From the NCBI GenBank assembly GCA_963822445.1, contig CAWGHO010000002.1, forward strand, positions 1 to 64,000: a stretch of 64,000 nt of DNA, in the 5' to 3' direction. The stretch comes from an uncultured Acidobacteriota bacterium (GTDB lineage Bacteria > Acidobacteriota > Thermoanaerobaculia > Gp7-AA8). Position 1 is the first letter of the stretch, and every line of letters starts with the position of its first letter. Of the stretch, positions 1-10,448 are shown piece by piece. The translations under genes and the position numbers were made by a program. The notes beneath the pieces were generated by a model. The model saw nothing but the letters and a program-made list of their open reading frames with translations. It was not told where the DNA came from and made no database searches.

Positions 1-335
1 AGCAATACGTAGTCGCCAACGAAGAGGAGGGCAAAAACATGGCCATTGCCATTGTGCTCGGTGTTGTCCTGCTTTCGATAGACGGGGATGGTCTCGAAAG
101 CCTTCACGAACCAGCCGATGATCGGGTAGCCGAACAGCGGCGCCTTGGCAAGAAACGACACAGGCCGTGGAGCGAAGCAGAGCAGAAAGAGCGGATCGAC
201 AAGGCCGTTCGGATGGTTGACGGCGAAGACGACTGCCTCGCCTTCGGGCACGCGCTCGAGGCCGACCAGTTCGATGCGCCGGAAGAACACGCGGACCGCG
301 AAACGGAGGAAGGCGGTGATTAGGCGGCGGGTCAT
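1..335 (-). CDS. PlsC-like (lysophospholipid) acyltransferase, N-terminal part, runs off window start
   Basis: Manual minus-strand translation from ATG at 335 gives MTRRLITAFLRFAVRVFFRRIELVGLERVP...VFAVNHPNGLVDPL...FLAKAPLF...IPVYR, with the acyltransferase NH..D and FLAK blocks. Not in the ORF track because it has no stop inside the window. Confidence 0.8.
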   Translation of the reverse strand, partial: MTRRLITAFLRFAVRVFFRRIELVGLERVPEGEAVVFAVNHPNGLVDPLFLLCFAPRPVSFLAKAPLFGYPIIGWFVKAFETIPVYRKQDNTEHNGNGHVFALLFVGDYVL

Positions 336-443
336 GAGCCGAAGACTGAGAGCGCCGGCGTCCACGCCGGCTGTTGCGCCGGCGTCCCGCCGGCTTGGCA
401 GGCGAGCCGCCTGCGGTCCAGCCGCCGGGCCGGCGGCGCTCCA

Positions 444-1655
444 CTACTGCGCATGTCTTTCCGCCGTCCACGCCGCGTACGTCCAAACCAACCCCGCGAT
501 TGCAATCGCCACCGGCACGACCAACACACCCTTCTCCAGCGAAGTTGCGTCCGAGATCGCGCCGATCAGCGGCGGCGAAGGGATGTCGCCGAGGAAGTGC
601 ATCACGAAGACTGACAGGCCGACCGCGGCCGCGCGTTCGAGCGGCGAGACGGCGTTGAGAATCGCGGAGTTCACCGGGCCGGTGCACATGAAGATGAGCA
701 CCTCGGCGATGACGATCGCGGTCAGGTAGACCGTTTTGTCATGGCTCATCAGACCGACCAGCGTCAGCGGCGCGGCCAGCAGTGTCGCGATTCCGGAGAC
801 CCACAGATACGACTGTTTCGTGCGCGGCAGCAGCCAGTCGCCGAGAAATCCGCCGAGGAACGTGCCGACGAAACCGGTCACGATCACGATCGCCCCGAAC
901 GTCACCGTCGCGTCGGATCGCGCCATCCCGCGGGCGCGTTCGAGAAAGGCCGGCATCCAGAATCCGAGTCCGCCGAGCGCGAATGTGTACGCGGCGTATC
1001 CGAGGACGGCCAGGATGTATGGACGATTCTTCAGCAGATTGAGATAGCCGGTGCGCGCGCCCGCCGCGACCTGCGCGTCGTTCTGTCCACGCGGCGGGTC
1101 CTTCACGAGCAGCACGAGCAGCGAGAGCGCGATCCCCGGAAATCCGGCGATCCAGAATGCCGCGCGCCAGCCGAAATGATGATCGGCCAGGCCACCCAGG
1201 ACGTAGCCAGCCGCGGAGCCGATCGGGATCGCCGCGAAGAAGACAGCCATCACCCGGCCGCGCTTTTCGTAAGGAAACTGATCGGCGAGCAACGCCGGGG
1301 CGATCGTTCCGTACGCCGCCTCACCGACACCAACCGTAGAGCGCGAAATGAAGAGCGTCCAGAACCCGCGCGCGAATCCGGCCAGACCCGTGGCCAGGCT
1401 CCAGACGGCCACGCCGATCGCGATCAGCGGCGGCCGGGCTTTCTTATCGCCTAACGCACCGAACACCGGCGACGTCAAAGCGTAAACGACGATGAAGCCC
1501 GCGCCGATGATGCCGAGCTGGGTGTCGGTCAGGCCGAGGTCGCGCTTGATCGGCTCGACCACGGCCGCGACGACCCAACGGTCGACGTAATTGAAAAGGT
1601 TGATGAACGTGAGAACCGCGAGTGCGTAGGTCGCGTGGCGATCGCGGGTCGGCAT
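444..1655 (-). CDS. MFS transporter, spinster-like
   Basis: LFNYVDR, GALGDKKAR and GVGEA motifs; about 12 hydrophobic segments. Start trimmed to MPTRDR. Confidence 0.9.
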   Translation of the reverse strand: MPTRDRHATYALAVLTFINLFNYVDRWVVAAVVEPIKRDLGLTDTQLGIIGAGFIVVYALTSPVFGALGDKKARPPLIAIGVAVWSLATGLAGFARGFWTLFISRSTVGVGEAAYGTIAPALLADQFPYEKRGRVMAVFFAAIPIGSAAGYVLGGLADHHFGWRAAFWIAGFPGIALSLLVLLVKDPPRGQNDAQVAAGARTGYLNLLKNRPYILAVLGYAAYTFALGGLGFWMPAFLERARGMARSDATVTFGAIVIVTGFVGTFLGGFLGDWLLPRTKQSYLWVSGIATLLAAPLTLVGLMSHDKTVYLTAIVIAEVLIFMCTGPVNSAILNAVSPLERAAAVGLSVFVMHFLGDIPSPPLIGAISDATSLEKGVLVVPVAIAIAGLVWTYAAWTAERHAQ

Positions 1656-1731
1656 TGAACTTCGAGTGTAATCGAGCGAAACCGCGATGCAACTGCAACG
1701 TATCAAGGCTGGGCACAACGGCCCGCTTATC

Positions 1732-4206
1732 ATGTCCCGGCCAATGAAAAGGTTCTTGCCGTGGCTTCTGGCGATTGCCGGAGCGGCTGTCGTGATGCTC
1801 GTGCTGCCGCTGTACCGGCCCGGTCAGCCGCGAGGCATCAGCATGACCCGGCCGGCGGTGAAGAAGATCGCCGACCAGGCCGCGCGCGATGTGGGCATCC
1901 CCGTCGACCGATCGTGGGCGACGATCACCTGGTCGCCATCCCCCTTCCTGTCGAAAGAGCTTCGCAATCACCCGCGCCGCAATCAGGCCTGGGAAGACCC
2001 CGTGGTCGGGCCGCGCATGCGCACGTACCGGGTCACCTACTACGACAAGAACGACGTCAAATTTCCGCCGATGGGCTTCGTCTGGATCGGCGGAGAGCGG
2101 GGCAGCATCGTCTCGGCACGGCGGATCCGGCGTCCCGAGGAAGTCGGCAAGACGATGACCGAGGCGCAGTTGCGGCCGATCGCGGACAAGTTCGTGATCT
2201 CGCGGAAGTTCCGCGCCGCACCCGAGCCGGTCTTCGAGTCCGCGCGCCCGAACGTGCTGCGCAGCCGCACCGACTGGATCTTCCGCTACCGCGTGCCGAT
2301 GCAGTTCCCGCTGAAGAACGTCGTGCCGTATCTCAACGTGCACTTCGCCGGCGATCAGATGACCGGGTGGCAGCTCACCGAAGAGTACGCAGACGGCCGC
2401 CAGTTCACCGGCGACGATCAGGGGAACATCGTCGGCACCTTCGGGCAGTTCGCGATCATGTTCGCGATCATGCTCCTGCTGCTGATCATCTTCCTGCGCA
2501 AGTACCACGCGGGCGAAGTGGGCGTCGGCGCATCCTCGGCGCTGTTCATCCTGATGATCGTGCTACTCGTCGCCGGCACACTGCTCACGCGCGTCTCGGG
2601 CTCCGACGGCACCGGATTCGGAGCAATCTCCGCGCGCGCGACGTCATGGGCGGTCGCGTCATTCACGATGCTCTTCGCGAACATCCCTCTGGCCGTGGTC
2701 GTGTTCCTGGCCTGGGCGGTCGGCGAGAGCTTCGCGCGCGAACGATGGGGCGAGAAGCTCGCCGGATTCGAAGCAATCGCCCGGCGCGATCCCGTCAACG
2801 CGACCGTCGGCCGTTCGCTGATGCACGGCGCGTTGCTCGCGCCGGTCGTCGCCGCGGGCGCGCTGGGCATCGGCGCGATCCCGATCCTTCTGCGAATGGC
2901 CTGGCCGTCGCAGAGCGGCGGCACGTTCGACATCCTCTACGCGGGCGGTCCGGTGTATCCGCTGCTCCGCTCCGCCGCGGATGCGGTGACCGTTTCCATC
3001 GCCGGCTTGCTGTTCATCCTCGCCTGGACGCACAAGCACCGCGTGCTCTGGCTGGGCATCATCACCACGATCGTCCTCGGCACGATCGTCGCCACGACTC
3101 CACCGCCGATCGATCCCCTTCCGATCCGCCTGCTGTTCGGCTTCGGAGGAATGACCGTGGCGGTGATCATCTTCCTCGCGACAGACGTTCTCACCACCGC
3201 CACGTCGATCTTCGGCGGATCGTTGATCACGTTCATCGCGCCGCTGCTCTACGTTTCGAAAGGGCCGCTCGCACAGGATCTGACGATCGTCCTGACACTG
3301 CCGCTGCTGCTCATCTTCGGTTTCGGTATTGCCGCGGTGCTGACCGGACGGGAAGTCGTGTACACGCCCGATGACCTCGCGCCGCACGTGAAGCGGATCA
3401 TCGAGCGCGAACGGGTCAAGGCCGAGATCGACGCCGCGAACCGGATTCAGGGAGCGCTTCTGCCGCTCGAGGCACCACGGCTCAACGGCGCAACGGTCTC
3501 TTCGCACTATCGCGCCGCGACGGAAATCGGCGGCGATTACTTCGACTTCCTCGCGCAACCGACTGGCGAGATCGGCATCGCATTCGGCGACGTCTCCGGC
3601 CACGGCCTGACCAGCGGCATCGTCATGGCCATGGCCAAGTCGGCGTTGCTGGTGCAGGTCGAATACGACTCGTCGCCTCGCGCGGTGCTGGAGGTCCTGA
3701 ACGAGATCGTGATCAAAACCGCGCCGAAGCGCATCCTGATGACGTTCTTCTTCGGGCTGCTCGATCCCCGCTCGCAGACGTTGCGCTTCTCCTCGGCCGG
3801 CCATCTCGATCCGTACGTCTTCCGCGCGGCTTCGCGAAAACTCGAGGCCCTTTCCTCCTGGGGCTTCCCCCTCGGCGTCCGCCGCCGCGGCGAAGGCTTC
3901 CGCGAGCACACCGTCGACTTCGCGCCCGGCGATCGCCTGATCCTGTACAGCGATGGCCTGATCGAAGCCATCGACGACGACGGCGAGCCGTTCGGCTTCG
4001 AGCGCTTCGAGCAAACCATCGTCAACAGCGGCCACCTGGGCGCCGACGACCTCAAAAAGTCGCTTCTCAACGCCGTCAAGAAGTTCACCCGCAACCGGCC
4101 GCCCGAGGATGACCAGACGCTGGTGGTGGTGGCGTTCGAAGAGGTGGAGGAGGCGCTGCTCGTCGATCGCGCGGAGGCGCTGGCTACGGCTGAGGCCGTG
4201 AATTGA
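1732..4206 (+). CDS. Membrane-bound PP2C/SpoIIE (RsbU-like) Ser/Thr phosphatase with N-terminal extracytoplasmic and multi-TM region
   Basis: GGDYFDF, GDVSGHG, SAGH, LYSDGL and DDQT motifs at the C-terminus; many TM helices upstream. Confidence 0.9.
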   Translation: MSRPMKRFLPWLLAIAGAAVVMLVLPLYRPGQPRGISMTRPAVKKIADQAARDVGIPVDRSWATITWSPSPFLSKELRNHPRRNQAWEDPVVGPRMRTYRVTYYDKNDVKFPPMGFVWIGGERGSIVSARRIRRPEEVGKTMTEAQLRPIADKFVISRKFRAAPEPVFESARPNVLRSRTDWIFRYRVPMQFPLKNVVPYLNVHFAGDQMTGWQLTEEYADGRQFTGDDQGNIVGTFGQFAIMFAIMLLLLIIFLRKYHAGEVGVGASSALFILMIVLLVAGTLLTRVSGSDGTGFGAISARATSWAVASFTMLFANIPLAVVVFLAWAVGESFARERWGEKLAGFEAIARRDPVNATVGRSLMHGALLAPVVAAGALGIGAIPILLRMAWPSQSGGTFDILYAGGPVYPLLRSAADAVTVSIAGLLFILAWTHKHRVLWLGIITTIVLGTIVATTPPPIDPLPIRLLFGFGGMTVAVIIFLATDVLTTATSIFGGSLITFIAPLLYVSKGPLAQDLTIVLTLPLLLIFGFGIAAVLTGREVVYTPDDLAPHVKRIIERERVKAEIDAANRIQGALLPLEAPRLNGATVSSHYRAATEIGGDYFDFLAQPTGEIGIAFGDVSGHGLTSGIVMAMAKSALLVQVEYDSSPRAVLEVLNEIVIKTAPKRILMTFFFGLLDPRSQTLRFSSAGHLDPYVFRAASRKLEALSSWGFPLGVRRRGEGFREHTVDFAPGDRLILYSDGLIEAIDDDGEPFGFERFEQTIVNSGHLGADDLKKSLLNAVKKFTRNRPPEDDQTLVVVAFEEVEEALLVDRAEALATAEAVN

Positions 4207-4208
4207 CC

Positions 4209-4271
4209 CGTGTAGTGTGGGCCTCCGGCCTACCGCCCGCCCCAGGGTAGGCCAGAGGCCCACACTACACG
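4209..4271. repeat. REP-like palindrome, family A (CGTGTAGTGTGGGCCTCCGGCCTACC...GGTAGGCCAGAGGCCCACACTACACG)
   Basis: Near-perfect inverted repeat directly after a stop codon; second copy at 32731-32804. Confidence 0.9.
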
Positions 4272-4299
4272 TCCAATCCCCGGTTAGAATCCCGCCCCT

Positions 4300-5981
4300 A
4301 TGGCCCTACCCGAACCAAACAAGATCATCTATTCGATGGTCGGTGTCTCGAAGTTCCACGGCAAGAAGCAGGTCCTCAAAGACATCTACCTCTCCTATTT
4401 CTATGGCGCGAAGATCGGCGTCATCGGTCTGAACGGATCCGGCAAATCCTCCCTCCTGCGCATCCTGGCCGGCAAAGACAAGGATCACCTCGGCGAGACG
4501 GTGCTGTCCCCCGGCTACACCGTCGGGCATGCTCGATCAGGAGCCGCAGCTCGACGAGACCAAGACTGTCCGCGAGATCGTCGAGGAAGGCGTGCAGCCC
4601 GTGCTCGACCTTCTCAAGGAATTCGACGAGATCAACAACGCCTTCGGCGATCCCGACGCGGACATGGACAAGCTCATGGAGAGGCAAGGGAGAGTGCAGG
4701 ACAAGCTCGACGCTGTAGGCGCGTGGGATCTCGACTCGAAGCTCGAGATGGCCATGGACGCGCTGCGCTGCCCGCCGCCGGACACGCCGATCGCCACGCT
4801 TTCGGGCGGTGAAAAGCGGCGCGTCGCGCTCTGCCGTCTGCTGCTGCAGGCGCCGGACATCCTTCTCCTCGACGAGCCGACGAACCATCTCGACGCGGAA
4901 AGCGTGCAGTGGCTCGAACAGCATCTGCAGCAGTACGCCGGAACGGTCATCGCCGTCACGCACGACCGCTACTTCCTCGACAACGTCGCGGGCTGGATCC
5001 TCGAGCTCGACCGCGGCGAAGGCATTCCCTGGAAAGGCAACTACTCGTCGTGGCTCGAACAGAAGCGGACCAGGCTCGCCCAGGAAGAGAAGATCGAGTC
5101 GAACCGGCAGAAGACCCTCGAGCGCGAGCTGGAGTGGATCAAGATGTCGCCGAAAGCGCGCCACGCCAAGGGCAAGGCCCGCATCAACGCGTACGAGAAC
5201 CTGCTCAACCAGGAGACGAAGGAGAAGGTCCAGGAGCTGGAGATCTACATCCCGCCCGGCCCGCGTCTCGGCGACATCGTCGTCGAAGCCGACGACGTGC
5301 AGAAGGCCTACGGCGACAACCTGCTCATCGACGAGATGTCGTTCAAGCTTGCCGCCCGGCGGCATCGTCGGCGTGATCGGACCGAACGGCGCGGGCAAGA
5401 CCACGCTCTTCCGGATGATCATCGGCGCAGGAGAAGCCGGACGCCGGCAACATCCGCGTCGGCGAAACGGTGAAGCTCGGCTACGTCGATCAGAACCGCA
5501 CGCCTCGATGGCGAGCGAGACGATCTTCGAGGAGATCACCGGCGGCGGCGACGTCATCCAGCTCGGACCGCGGGAGATGCAGTCGCGCGCGTACGTGGCC
5601 CGCTTCAACTTCTGCGGATCCGATCAGCAGAAGAAGGTCGGCGTGCTGTCGGGCGGCGAGCGCAATCGCGTGCATCTCGCGAAGATGCTCAAGGAAGGGG
5701 CGAACGTGCTGCTCCTCGACGAGCCGACCAACGACCTCGACGTGAACACGATGCGCGCGCTCGAGGAAGCTCTGGAAAACTTCGCCGGCTGCGCGATCGT
5801 CATCAGCCACGACCGCTGGTTCCTCGACCGCGTGGCCACCCACATCCTGGCCTTCGAAGGCGACAGCCGGGTGTACTTCTTCGACGGAAACTTCAGCGAG
5901 TACGAGGAAGACAAGAAGAAGCGGCTGGGGGTGGAAGCCACGCAGCCGCATCGGATCCGGTATCGGCAGTTGAGCCGTTAA
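4300..5981 (+). CDS. ettA: Energy-dependent translational throttle ABC-F ATPase, split by several frameshifts (about 4528, 5350, 5440, 5505)
   Basis: [56 protein letters not shown] and [13 protein letters not shown] occur in successive frames. Confidence 0.9.
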
Positions 5982-7780
5982 TGATGCGACGGGCGCTGGC
6001 GGCGATCGCGTTTTGCCTCATTTCCGCGAACGCGTTCGCCACCACCGCCACCTCCGCCATCACCGGCCGCGTCATGAGCGGTGGTGCGCCCGCGACCGGG
6101 GTCACGATCACCGTGACCTCCCCCGTCCTGCAAGGCGAGCGCACCACCGTCACCACGCGCAACGGCCGCTACTGGTTGACCGCCCTTCCGCCCGGCCGCT
6201 ACGACGTCACCTTCTCCCGCACGAAACTGCAGACGCTGACGCGCCGTGTGCTGGTCGAGCTCTCGCGCGTGTCGCGCGCGGACGCCGTGCTCGAACCGAG
6301 CGAGGACGAGGAGAGCATCACCTCCACCGCGCTTCCGCTCAACGTCTCCGACACGACGGTCATCACCTCGCATTTTTCGGACGAGATGTTCGACCGTCTG
6401 CCCCTGCGCCGCGATCCGTTCAACGCGACCTTCATCGCGCCGGGTCCGTGGAACGGAGCCTTCGCCTTCATCAATGACGCGACGGCGTTCGGACCGGCCC
6501 TGGGCCAGGAATCGCTCGAACAGGTCGCGGTGCTGCGCGGGGCACTGCCCGCGGAGTACGAGGCGGGATTGAGCGTCTTCACCGCAAAAACCCGCAGCGG
6601 CGGCGAGGATTACTTTTTCTCGCTGCGCGACACGATCACGAACGGCAGCTGGGTCTCGGCGAACTTCCCCAATTTCGAAGCTTACGACAACGGCGTCGAG
6701 CACCTCGTCGAGGCCAACGCCGGCGGCCGGATCGTCAAAGACAAGCTGTGGTTCTTCGCCAGCGGATGGAACGGCAGCGAGCTCTTTTACGGAGATCTCA
6801 CCGGCTACGAGGCCAAGCTCACCTGGCAGCCGGCGGCGCAGCACAATCTGATGGCGTTTGTCAGCGAGGCCCAGGCTGGAACGGCGTTCTTCAGCCCAGA
6901 CACCACCGTCGCCGCGCTGCGTTACACCGGAACGGCCGGACCTCGACTCACCACCGAAGTAGTAGCCGGGCGCGCGACGTCTGGCGATTCGCCCGTCGCC
7001 CGACCATTGCCGATTCCCCGTTATCGCTCCGACTCGCTCTTCGCGAAGACGACGTTCGTCGCGGGCGATCACGTGCTCTCCGCGGGAGGTCAGGCGAGGG
7101 ACGGTGGATACGACGCCGGGACCGGCGGGGAAACCGATACGTTCGCGTTCTTCGTGAACGACCGCTGGCGCATCCAGCGTTTCACCTTCAACCTCGGCGC
7201 CCGTCACGAGCACGATCGCATCTCACCGCGCCTGTCCGGCACCTTCGATGTGCGCGGCAACGGTCGGCAGGCCATCACCGCCTCGTTCAGCGAGTACTCG
7301 GCTCCATTCTTCGGCACCCGCGAGGCCACGCTCGGCTTCGCCACCGCCGTCGGCACCACCGGCACCATTCGCGTCGATGGATTCCGCCGGGAGTACGGCG
7401 CGCAGGGAGACACCTGGGGTGTCATGGGGGAGTTCCGCTACACGCTGTTCGACCGCTTCCACACCGGCGCGAGCTACACCTGGTTCGACTTCGAGCCGAA
7501 CGTCGTCTTTTTCGATGCGCAGCACACTGCGCACGCCTGGGCCGGCGTGGACATCCCTGTCGGCGAACATGAATTCGGCGTGACGGCGATGCAGCACTAC
7601 CGCTCGTCGCTGGGGCCGGGGCCGGGCAACTACCAGAGCGATCTGGCCCTGCGCTACTCGCTGCCGGTCTCGCGCGTCCGGCTGACGCTTGCCGCCGACG
7701 CGCTGAACGTGTTCGATCAGCAGCGGGAGCTTTTCTCGCTGGGCCGGTCGTTCCGCGGGTGGGTCCGCCTGCGGCTCTGA
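5981..7780 (+). CDS. Compact Oar-type TonB-dependent receptor-like outer-membrane protein
   Basis: Signal peptide, carboxypeptidase-regulatory-like N-domain (GVTITVTSPVLQGER...LPPGRYDVTF), KTRSGG, GGRIVKDKLWFF and a C-terminal beta-strand. Confidence 0.75.
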   Translation: MMRRALAAIAFCLISANAFATTATSAITGRVMSGGAPATGVTITVTSPVLQGERTTVTTRNGRYWLTALPPGRYDVTFSRTKLQTLTRRVLVELSRVSRADAVLEPSEDEESITSTALPLNVSDTTVITSHFSDEMFDRLPLRRDPFNATFIAPGPWNGAFAFINDATAFGPALGQESLEQVAVLRGALPAEYEAGLSVFTAKTRSGGEDYFFSLRDTITNGSWVSANFPNFEAYDNGVEHLVEANAGGRIVKDKLWFFASGWNGSELFYGDLTGYEAKLTWQPAAQHNLMAFVSEAQAGTAFFSPDTTVAALRYTGTAGPRLTTEVVAGRATSGDSPVARPLPIPRYRSDSLFAKTTFVAGDHVLSAGGQARDGGYDAGTGGETDTFAFFVNDRWRIQRFTFNLGARHEHDRISPRLSGTFDVRGNGRQAITASFSEYSAPFFGTREATLGFATAVGTTGTIRVDGFRREYGAQGDTWGVMGEFRYTLFDRFHTGASYTWFDFEPNVVFFDAQHTAHAWAGVDIPVGEHEFGVTAMQHYRSSLGPGPGNYQSDLALRYSLPVSRVRLTLAADALNVFDQQRELFSLGRSFRGWVRLRL

Positions 7781-7816
7781 CGAGCTGGCCTGCACGTTGC
7801 CTCACGCCGTACCGAG

Positions 7817-8638
7817 ATGTACCGCTACCTCCGCTACGTTCCGAAAAATCACCTGAGCCGCATGGTCGGCCGCCTGGTGCACGCGCGCCTTCCGCAACCG
7901 ATCGCCCGCCGGCTGGTGAAGTGGTTCGCGAGCACATACCAGATCGACATCGACGCGGCCGGCCGCCCGATTCACGACTACCCATCGATCGGCCACTTCT
8001 TCATCCGCGATCTCCGCGAGGGTCTGCGTCCGATCGAAGGCGATTTCGTCAGTCCGGTCGACGGCGTGTTGCGCAACTTCGGTGTCGTGCAAAACGGCCG
8101 GCTCGAGCAGATCAAAGGAAAGACCTACACCGTCGCCCGGTTCCTCGGCGACGACGCAAATGCGAAGCGCTACGAGAACGGTGCGTTCTTCAACCTCTAT
8201 TTATCGCCGCAGGACTATCACCACGTCCACTCGCCGGTCGGCGGCCGGATCGTGAAGAGCGTGCACATCCCCGGGAAGCTCTGGCCGGTCAACGACTGGT
8301 CGCTGGCGACGATCGACGAGCTGTTCTCGATCAACGAGCGCGTGGTGACGTACATCGAGTGCGCGCTCGGGCTGGTAGCGGTGGTGATGATCGGCGCGAC
8401 GAACGTCGGCAAGATCTCGGTGGTGTACGACTCGTTCATCTCCAACGCCGGCGACGTCGATCGCATCGTGGCACGGACGTATGACGACAATCCCATCGAG
8501 ATCGCGGCCGGCGCGCGACTGGGCACGTTTCACATGGGCTCGAGCGTAGTGGTGCTGGTCGAGCCGGGCCGCGTGGATCTCGCCCGCGTGCGCCTGCACG
8601 CCGGCAAAAAAGTGCAATACGGCTCCGCGATTGTTTAG
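7817..8638 (+). CDS. psd: Phosphatidylserine decarboxylase proenzyme
   Basis: SPVDG, QIKG, YLSPQDYHHVHSP, NER, GATNVG and the FHMGS self-cleavage motif. Confidence 0.92.
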   Translation: MYRYLRYVPKNHLSRMVGRLVHARLPQPIARRLVKWFASTYQIDIDAAGRPIHDYPSIGHFFIRDLREGLRPIEGDFVSPVDGVLRNFGVVQNGRLEQIKGKTYTVARFLGDDANAKRYENGAFFNLYLSPQDYHHVHSPVGGRIVKSVHIPGKLWPVNDWSLATIDELFSINERVVTYIECALGLVAVVMIGATNVGKISVVYDSFISNAGDVDRIVARTYDDNPIEIAAGARLGTFHMGSSVVVLVEPGRVDLARVRLHAGKKVQYGSAIV

Positions 8639-8695
8639 GAGTGCGGCGGCAGAGCCGCCGCTTTGCAAAGCGGTGGCTCTGCCACCGCACTCCTA
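8636..8695. repeat. REP-like palindrome, family B (TAGGAGTGCGGCGGCAGAGCCGCCGCTTTGCAAAGCGGTGGCTCTGCCACCGCACTCCTA)
   Basis: 60-bp imperfect palindrome; its first three bases are the psd stop codon. Confidence 0.85.
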
Positions 8696-8708
8696 TACTC
8701 TCCGAGTC

Positions 8709-10448
8709 ATGAAGCGCGTTTTCTTCATCCTCCTCCTCACCCTCCCCCTCCACGCCGACGAAGTCGCAAAGCTCCACGCCATCTTCGACCGCACCTGGGA
8801 AGCGGTGCTCAAAGACGATCCGCTTTACGCAACCTCCGTCGGCCGCCACGAGTACGGCCATCTCCTTCCCTCCATCACTTCCGCGGATCTGAAACGGCAA
8901 TACGACCGCGCAAAGGCGACGCTGACCGAGCTGAAGTCTGTCGACCGCACGAAACTCCCGCCGTTCGAAGTGGTGAACTACGAGATGTTCCGCCGGCAGC
9001 TCGAAGACGCGGTCGCGTCGTACGAGCTTGGCGATTACCAGATCACGCTCAACGCCGACTCCGGATTTCACAGCTCCTTTTCCCGTCTGCCGAAAGACGT
9101 TCCGCTCGCAACGACGAAGGATTACGAGAACTACATCGCCCGGCTGAAAGCCTGGCCGCGTTACACGCGTGAGCAGATCGCGCACATGAAGGCGGGCCTG
9201 CAGCGCGGATTCACAGTGCCGCGGGTCACGCTCGAGGGCTACGACTCCACCATCGCCGCGCACGTTCTCGACGATCCAACGAAGAGCGTGTTCTACGCGC
9301 CATTCGAGAAGTTCCCGTCGAGCGTTCCCGCTTCCGAGCATGAACGCCTTCGCCGCGAAGGCCGCGCGGCCACGGAAACCGCGATCTCCGGTTATCGCGA
9401 GTTCCTCGACTTCTTCCGCAAGGAGTACTTCCCCGGCGCCCGCACGACCCTCGGCGCAATCGAGATGCCCAACGGCCGCGCGTATTACGCCCAGAAAATC
9501 CGCGAGTTCACGACTCTCGATCTGACTGCCGACGAGATTCACAAACTGGGTCTGGCCGAGGTCGAGCGGATTTCTGCGGAAATGAACTCGGTGATGAAGA
9601 CCGTCGGCTTCGAGGGAGACTTCGCTGCTTTCCTGAAGTTCCTGCGCACCGATCCCCGCTTCTACGCGAAGACACCCGAGCAACTCCTCGAGCGCGCGTC
9701 GCGCATCGCCAAGCGCATCGACGGCAAGCTTCCCTCGCTGTTCAAGACCCTGCCGCGGCTTCCGTACACCGTCGAACCGGTTCCGGCCGACATCGCCCCG
9801 AAATACACGACCGGGCGATACGTCTCCTCGCCGCAGGGCAGTACGCAGCCGGGCATCTACTGGGTGAACACGTACAAGCTCGAGGCGCGGCCGCTCTACA
9901 ACCTCGAAGCGCTGACTTTGCACGAGGCCGTGCCCGGCCATCATCTGCAGATCGCGCTCAGCCGCGAGCTCGAGTCCCTTCCGAATTTCCGCCGCTACTC
10001 GTACATCTCCGCGTTCGGTGAAGGCTGGGGACTGTACTCCGAGTGGCTCGGCCTCGAAGCCGGGTTCTACACCGATCCTTACGACAACTTCGGCCGGCTC
10101 ACGTACGAGATGTGGCGCGCCTGCCGGCTGGTCGTCGACACCGGCCTGCATGCGAAAGGGTGGACGCGGCAGCAGGCCATCGACTACATGGCCACGCGCA
10201 CGGCGCTCCCCATTCACGAAGTGACGACGGAGGTCGATCGCTACATTTCCTGGCCGGGACAGGCCCTCGCGTACAAGCTCGGGGAGATGAAGATCAAGGA
10301 GCTGCGGCGGCGCGCGGAGCAGAAGCTCGGTACCCGCTTCGACGTCCGCGAGTTCCACGACGTCGTCCTCGGCAGCGGGTCGGTGCCCCTCAATGTGCTC
10401 GAGACAAACGTAAACGAATGGATCGCGAAGCAGTCTGTTTCCCCATGA
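8709..10448 (+). CDS. DUF885 family secreted protein (HEAVPGHH metallopeptidase-like)
   Basis: Signal peptide MKRVFFILLL; HEAVPGHHLQ, EGWGLYSE, RACRLVVDTGLH and PGQALAYK motifs. Confidence 0.9.
   Translation: MKRVFFILLLTLPLHADEVAKLHAIFDRTWEAVLKDDPLYATSVGRHEYGHLLPSITSADLKRQYDRAKATLTELKSVDRTKLPPFEVVNYEMFRRQLEDAVASYELGDYQITLNADSGFHSSFSRLPKDVPLATTKDYENYIARLKAWPRYTREQIAHMKAGLQRGFTVPRVTLEGYDSTIAAHVLDDPTKSVFYAPFEKFPSSVPASEHERLRREGRAATETAISGYREFLDFFRKEYFPGARTTLGAIEMPNGRAYYAQKIREFTTLDLTADEIHKLGLAEVERISAEMNSVMKTVGFEGDFAAFLKFLRTDPRFYAKTPEQLLERASRIAKRIDGKLPSLFKTLPRLPYTVEPVPADIAPKYTTGRYVSSPQGSTQPGIYWVNTYKLEARPLYNLEALTLHEAVPGHHLQIALSRELESLPNFRRYSYISAFGEGWGLYSEWLGLEAGFYTDPYDNFGRLTYEMWRACRLVVDTGLHAKGWTRQQAIDYMATRTALPIHEVTTEVDRYISWPGQALAYKLGEMKIKELRRRAEQKLGTRFDVREFHDVVLGSGSVPLNVLETNVNEWIAKQSVSP

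Noticed and set aside
39-323. Plus-strand 94-aa ORF
   Set aside because: Mostly antisense to a motif-bearing acyltransferase; only its first codons look genuine.
4300-5981. Programmed ribosomal frameshifting in ettA
   Set aside because: Multiple shifts with no slippery heptamers; EttA is normally a single ORF.
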